A DNA stretch of 64,000 bases from Bdellovibrio sp. (lineage in GTDB: Bacteria; Bdellovibrionota; Bdellovibrionia; Bdellovibrionales; Bdellovibrionaceae): contig JAKFBS010000002.1 of the NCBI GenBank assembly GCA_036677065.1, positions 832,001-896,000 of the forward strand, in the 5' to 3' direction. Position 1 is the first letter of the stretch; every line of letters starts with the position of its first letter. Positions 60,227 to 64,000 of the stretch are shown here, piece by piece. Below the pieces are notes generated by a model that worked only from the letters and a program-made list of their open reading frames with translations, searched no databases and had not been told where the DNA came from. Made by a program: the position numbers and the translations under genes.

Positions 60227-60394
60227 CTCATACCCCTCAGTTTCATAGAACTCTCCAAATTAATGTTTAACTTATAAAGTTCAATAACTTGGCCAGCTTA
60301 ATAACAAAGCTAACGCCACCCTGAGTAGAAATTAAGACAACTTGTCATTTCTCATTCTGTTTGCAAGACATAATGACAAGCTTTCGTCCACGCG

Positions 60395-60420
60395 AAGCCC
60401 CTAGGAGAGATATTAAACCC
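60395..60420 (+). repeat. Trailer element, right-part copy
   Basis: AAGCCCCTAGGAGAGATATTAAACCC; 60396-60420 is 24/25 identical to 56468-56492. Confidence 0.9.
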
Positions 60421-60471
60421 TTTAGGCATTAATATTTTGACAAAAACCTTCACCAACTTTTATATGAACTC

Positions 60472-60921
60472 ATGAGACCATCTAAAGTAGCCAATCTAAT
60501 GAACCTAGCCGAAGTTGTTGCTCAGAGATCTCATGATGCCGAAACTCATGTAGGAGCTCTGCTTGTATCAAATAAAACCGGAGCCATTCTTGCGACTGGT
60601 TTTAATGGTTTTGTTCGCGGAACAAACGATAAAGAATTACCAAACACACGCCCCGACAAATACCCCTACATGGTTCATGCTGAACAAAATCTTATCGCCA
60701 ACTGCGCCCGCCACGGAATTTCAATGGATGACTGCACTGTGGTTTGCACGCATTCACCGTGCGTTGTCTGTATGAGATTATTATTTCAGTGTGGTATTAC
60801 CGAAGTTCTTTATAAGGTTTCATACACTGACTCTGAAAAAGTCAAAGAAATGAAAGACATCAAAGTTATCGAAATAGAAACTGAAGAACCTGGTATCAAA
60901 AAATTAAGATACGAAGTCTAG
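60472..60921 (+). CDS. dCMP deaminase family protein
   Basis: VGA, TGFNG, HAEQN, SPCVVC. Confidence 0.9.
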   Translation: MRPSKVANLMNLAEVVAQRSHDAETHVGALLVSNKTGAILATGFNGFVRGTNDKELPNTRPDKYPYMVHAEQNLIANCARHGISMDDCTVVCTHSPCVVCMRLLFQCGITEVLYKVSYTDSEKVKEMKDIKVIEIETEEPGIKKLRYEV

Positions 60922-60935
60922 TGCGCAGGTTTTAA

Positions 60936-61478
60936 ATGAATTCTCAACAAGCCGTTTTTAATTTTTGGTTTAAAGAAATTCATCCATCAGTACGATTCAA
61001 AAAAGACGAAAAATTTGACGAAGAAATTCGCAAGCGTTTTCTAAACACATATTTTGATGTCGCTGCAGGTCGCACCACTGACTGGCGTGCCACAGCTGAA
61101 GGTCGTCTTAGCGAGATTATTGTTCTTGATCAATTTTCACGAAATATGTTTCGCGATAAACCAGAAGCTTTTGCTACTGATAAGCTGGCTTTGCAGTTAG
61201 CGCAGGAAGCGGTTCACAGCGGCGACGATCAGAACCTGCCGATAGATCAGCGTGCATTTTTATATATGCCCTATATGCACAGCGAAGATATTCAAGTACA
61301 CGAACAGGCTGTGAAACTTTTTTCTCAAAAGGGTTTAGAAGATAATTTAAAATATGAAATCCTGCACAAAAATATCATTGATCGTTTCGGCAGATATCCC
61401 CATCGCAATAAAATTTTAGGGCGTGATTCTACCGCGGAAGAGATCGAATTTATGAAAGGTCCTAATTCGTCTTTTTAA
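60936..61478 (+). CDS. DUF924 family protein
   Basis: IIVLDQFSRNMFR, FLYMPYMHSE, RFGRYPHRN..LGR.ST. Confidence 0.92.
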   Translation: MNSQQAVFNFWFKEIHPSVRFKKDEKFDEEIRKRFLNTYFDVAAGRTTDWRATAEGRLSEIIVLDQFSRNMFRDKPEAFATDKLALQLAQEAVHSGDDQNLPIDQRAFLYMPYMHSEDIQVHEQAVKLFSQKGLEDNLKYEILHKNIIDRFGRYPHRNKILGRDSTAEEIEFMKGPNSSF

Positions 61479-61515
61479 CAATCGAACCACTTAGGTTATA
61501 AGTTATGCTATTTGA

Positions 61516-62166
61516 TCAAAAATCAAAACCTGTAATATTTCGAAGACCCAGGCCCAAAGTAATCTGAAAATGAGAGTTGTTATGGTCTTCATGGGATTCA
61601 TGGGTTCTACCGTTATAATTAAGTTCTGGAATAAATATCTTGAAAACTTTTATTCCGCCGAGAAAATCAAATTGTACATTTTGAATTTGGTAAAATGAAA
61701 CTAAGCCGCGAATTTCCATTTCCAGCATACTAGCAGGAATATTACGACCTGTTACTGCGGGATCTTTTCCAAAAAAATGAAATTCCCCTTTTGCGTATAC
61801 AAAATTTATTTGAACCAAATTCTTACCATCTACTAGTCTCCAGCCGCCAAACTTAAAGCCTCTATAATTATAGTCAGACTCAAAAACCTCTTTGTCTAAA
61901 CCTGTTGGCTTATATGAGAAACTTTCATACACTTTACCGTGAGCTATTCCTGCAAGTACACCGAACTCTTCCCCTAGTAAATATGAAACATCAAATTGAG
62001 GACCATAGTTAAACCCAGCAGTTTTTAACTCGTTTTCTTTTCCATCGTTGGGTACGCCGACGATCATTGCGAAAAAACCTTGATTATAAGATAGCGCAAC
62101 TTGATCAGCAAATGCAGGCTGAATTAGGAAAGGCAAAAACATCACAATTAATATTATTTTTTTCAT
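61516..62166 (-). CDS. Secreted hypothetical protein, possible small beta-barrel
   Basis: Signal peptide MKKII...AFA, alternating strands, terminal Phe. Confidence 0.65.
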   Translation of the reverse strand: MKKIILIVMFLPFLIQPAFADQVALSYNQGFFAMIVGVPNDGKENELKTAGFNYGPQFDVSYLLGEEFGVLAGIAHGKVYESFSYKPTGLDKEVFESDYNYRGFKFGGWRLVDGKNLVQINFVYAKGEFHFFGKDPAVTGRNIPASMLEMEIRGLVSFYQIQNVQFDFLGGIKVFKIFIPELNYNGRTHESHEDHNNSHFQITLGLGLRNITGFDF

Positions 62167-62202
62167 TTTTCTCTTCACTTACCTGGATATGTTTTTTAAA
62201 TT

Positions 62203-62433
62203 ATAATTCTTTAACAAGAATCGTCGTATCTAATTCAGCACGATCGCAGTCTAACTTTATGTTTTCGATTAACATTTTTATGCGAAATCCATTAGCCTCG
62301 CCTGTCAATCCAAAGTAAGAATCCGTTCAGATATGACTGGTATAAAAACTGATCTATTTTCGAAATATTCATTAAGGGCTTCCTTGGCCTTAATCGTACC
62401 TGATGGCTCGCTAAATTTTAAATAAATAGTTAT
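62203..62433 (-). pseudogene. Possible eroded gene remnant
   Basis: Two overlapping start-less frames (ITIYLKFSEPSG...ILTLD* and DSYFGLTGEANG...LVKEL*); no family recognised. Confidence 0.25.
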
Positions 62434-62639
62434 TTATGAGTCGCAAGGTCCAGCGTCGAACTCCTGGATTTCAAACCACCTAGACCGGTCTCTGGCCAAG
62501 CCAAATTGAGATGATTTTTTTAAAAAATAAGCATTTTGAGCTAGAAATGCGTAACCCACTACATGGGAGGAAGGAAATGCCTTGATTTCACCCTAAAACC
62601 CATAGCATGGTACAGCAATTGGTCGGTGTGCAGTAATGT

Positions 62640-62771
62640 CTCTCACTACCATTTTTTATTTTGTCGCAAGACAAAAATATAGCTCCGAGGTTGCGACGGA
62701 GGAGAGTCTTTCTGGAAATAAGCCTCTAGGAGAGATATTAAACCTGCAGAAATGTGGTTTTTTTACTTTTA
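62640..62771 (+). repeat. tRNA-Met 3'-end remnant plus trailer element, full copy 2
   Basis: CTCTCACTACCA, then 62660-62771 at 103/112 identity to 56407-56518. Confidence 0.95.
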
Positions 62772-62836
62772 AGGTGTGGGCTTCTTCAACTTAGCCAGAT
62801 CGAAATCTCAAGTCTCTCAGCCATTTATTAAGTATT

Positions 62837-63637
62837 TTATAAACCCAACAATTGACGACTAATATTCTTAGCAAGTTCCCAAAACATTATGGTATCGTCA
62901 GGACTAATGACAATATTATTCGCAAGCTCTTTGTGCGGATGAATATAGTTTCTGTATTCCCGCAGAACAGTTCCGATATCTTTTGTGGGTTTAGAAATCC
63001 ATTTTAAGTCATGTGAAACATTTATTAGATCACTTAGAGTCCATTCGCTTAATGCTTTTGGTTTATTTAATTTCTTGTCTATTGGCGCACTGCTTGATTT
63101 GAAAATTTGAGACTGGTCATGATGCTGATTTATTTTCGCAATCAAAAGACCTTCAATAAACCCACCAATCATTACCGTCCCAGATAAAGGAATTTTATGA
63201 GTAATGCATGCAACACATTCATTCCATCTTCTAACTAAAATTTTACACATATTTGGATCAGAGATTAGAGGTGTAAAGTCAGGTGCCGCATCGGTTGTAG
63301 GTTTTTCTACCGCAGGTGCAGATTTAAGCGAATGAGACCTAAGATCAATTAAGCTTTTTCTTAATTCTTTTAACTGAACTAAAATTTTTTGTCTCAAAGG
63401 GTTTTTATCGCTACTTTTTAAAAAAGCATCGTAAATCGATTCGATGGGATTCAACAAATCAGTACTAATGATAGATAGATTAATTTTATGCTTTGAAAAC
63501 CATGTGCCTGCTGTAGCTTTTAATAAAGATCTCTCTTCAAAGCTCGAAATTTGCCTAGTTTCTCTTTTCTTTAAATTTTTTTTCAGCACTTCCAGTTCTA
63601 ATATTGCAGCCTCAATCGTATCATTAGATTTACTCAT
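62837..63637 (-). CDS. HEPN-like domain protein (putative RNase)
   Basis: Helical N-domain, then GGFIEGLL...WTLSDLINVS...WIS...LREYRNYIHP. Confidence 0.7.
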   Translation of the reverse strand: MSKSNDTIEAAILELEVLKKNLKKRETRQISSFEERSLLKATAGTWFSKHKINLSIISTDLLNPIESIYDAFLKSSDKNPLRQKILVQLKELRKSLIDLRSHSLKSAPAVEKPTTDAAPDFTPLISDPNMCKILVRRWNECVACITHKIPLSGTVMIGGFIEGLLIAKINQHHDQSQIFKSSSAPIDKKLNKPKALSEWTLSDLINVSHDLKWISKPTKDIGTVLREYRNYIHPHKELANNIVISPDDTIMFWELAKNISRQLLGL

Positions 63638-63645
63638 AGCTGCTT

Positions 63646-64000
63646 TTACTTCCTTTTATTCTTTTTAGTAGTTTTTGCACCGGCATTTGGTAGTGCCATT
63701 GCAACTAAATTTTCCCCAACTGTGTTTATTGCAAAACTTCCTTTTTCAGATCCTTTATCCAAAAATCCTGATCCGTGGGTGTTATGTAAAGTCTTATATG
63801 AATCTTTAAGACGATCTCTATTCACTTTTCTACATGCATCTTGTAATGTTTCACTATTGATTGAATCTCTTCTTTCAGACGCTGGCGCTTGGAACTTGTA
63901 GTAATAAGCTACTGCCGTAGCAAAATGTGAATCGCTCTGGGGGTTTTTAGAAGCAATGAATGTTTTGATATCTGTTATCGAGCTACTATTTGAGCTAACG
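63646..64000 (-). CDS. 3' part of a gene absent from the ORF track; winged-helix-like protein
   Basis: 117 open codons: DIKTFIASKNPQSDSHFATAVAYYYKF...LQDACRKVNR...TLHNTHGSGFLDK...FAINTVGENLV; stop 8 nt before the HEPN ATG. Confidence 0.75.
   Translation of the reverse strand, partial: VSSNSSSITDIKTFIASKNPQSDSHFATAVAYYYKFQAPASERRDSINSETLQDACRKVNRDRLKDSYKTLHNTHGSGFLDKGSEKGSFAINTVGENLVAMALPNAGAKTTKKNKRK

Larger units (their letters stand above)
56396..62651. mobile_element. tRNA-Met-anchored genomic islet with no integrase
   Basis: Bounded by direct repeat CTCTCACTACCA (56384-56395 and 62640-62651), each followed by the 112-nt trailer. Confidence 0.6.

Noticed and set aside
62621..62651. Second functional tRNA
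   Set aside because: Only the last 12 nt match; the T arm is destroyed and no D or anticodon arm is present
56407..62771. Trailer repeats read as a CRISPR array or integron attC sites
   Set aside because: Units are too long and spaced by kilobases, no cas or intI gene is present, and no RYYYAAC/GTTRRRY ends are evident

Overview
AT-rich chromosomal window from a Bdellovibrionota-type predatory bacterium. The taxonomy is inferred from gene content: an Agl-Glt operon, several PilZ fusions, a TIGR02147-like HTH and many secreted hydrolases. Left to right: (1) a minus-strand ybeY-prfB-lolE-lolD-bamA operon, in which prfB needs the classic +1 frameshift that the ORF track misses; (2) mazG; (3) a 12.6-kb Agl-Glt gliding/contact-motor operon (7132-19774); (4) about 36 kb of mixed housekeeping, transport and hydrolase genes (murJ, rpsT, phoD, corA, pepN, folE, a split MRP-like ABC pair, mgtE, a subtilase-PilZ fusion, an M17 aminopeptidase, apaG, pcp, pdxH, an FKBP); (5) tRNA-Met(CAT) at 56319-56395 followed by an accessory region. 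The most striking unexplained signal is a ~112-nt four-hairpin element directly behind the tRNA. It recurs as a second full copy, preceded by a tRNA 3'-end remnant and carrying compensatory base changes, and as two partial copies that abut exactly around a 2.87-kb transporter cassette. No integrase is present in the window. A candidate wHTH + HEPN two-gene module follows the last copy. Other notable signals are twin 40-nt leaders encoding related micro-ORFs before both TPR genes of the Glt operon, an ExbD subunit lacking the conserved Asp, sigma28-like and leaderless promoters, and an unannotated 48-aa ORF. All family assignments come from motif recognition by eye; no database searches were run.
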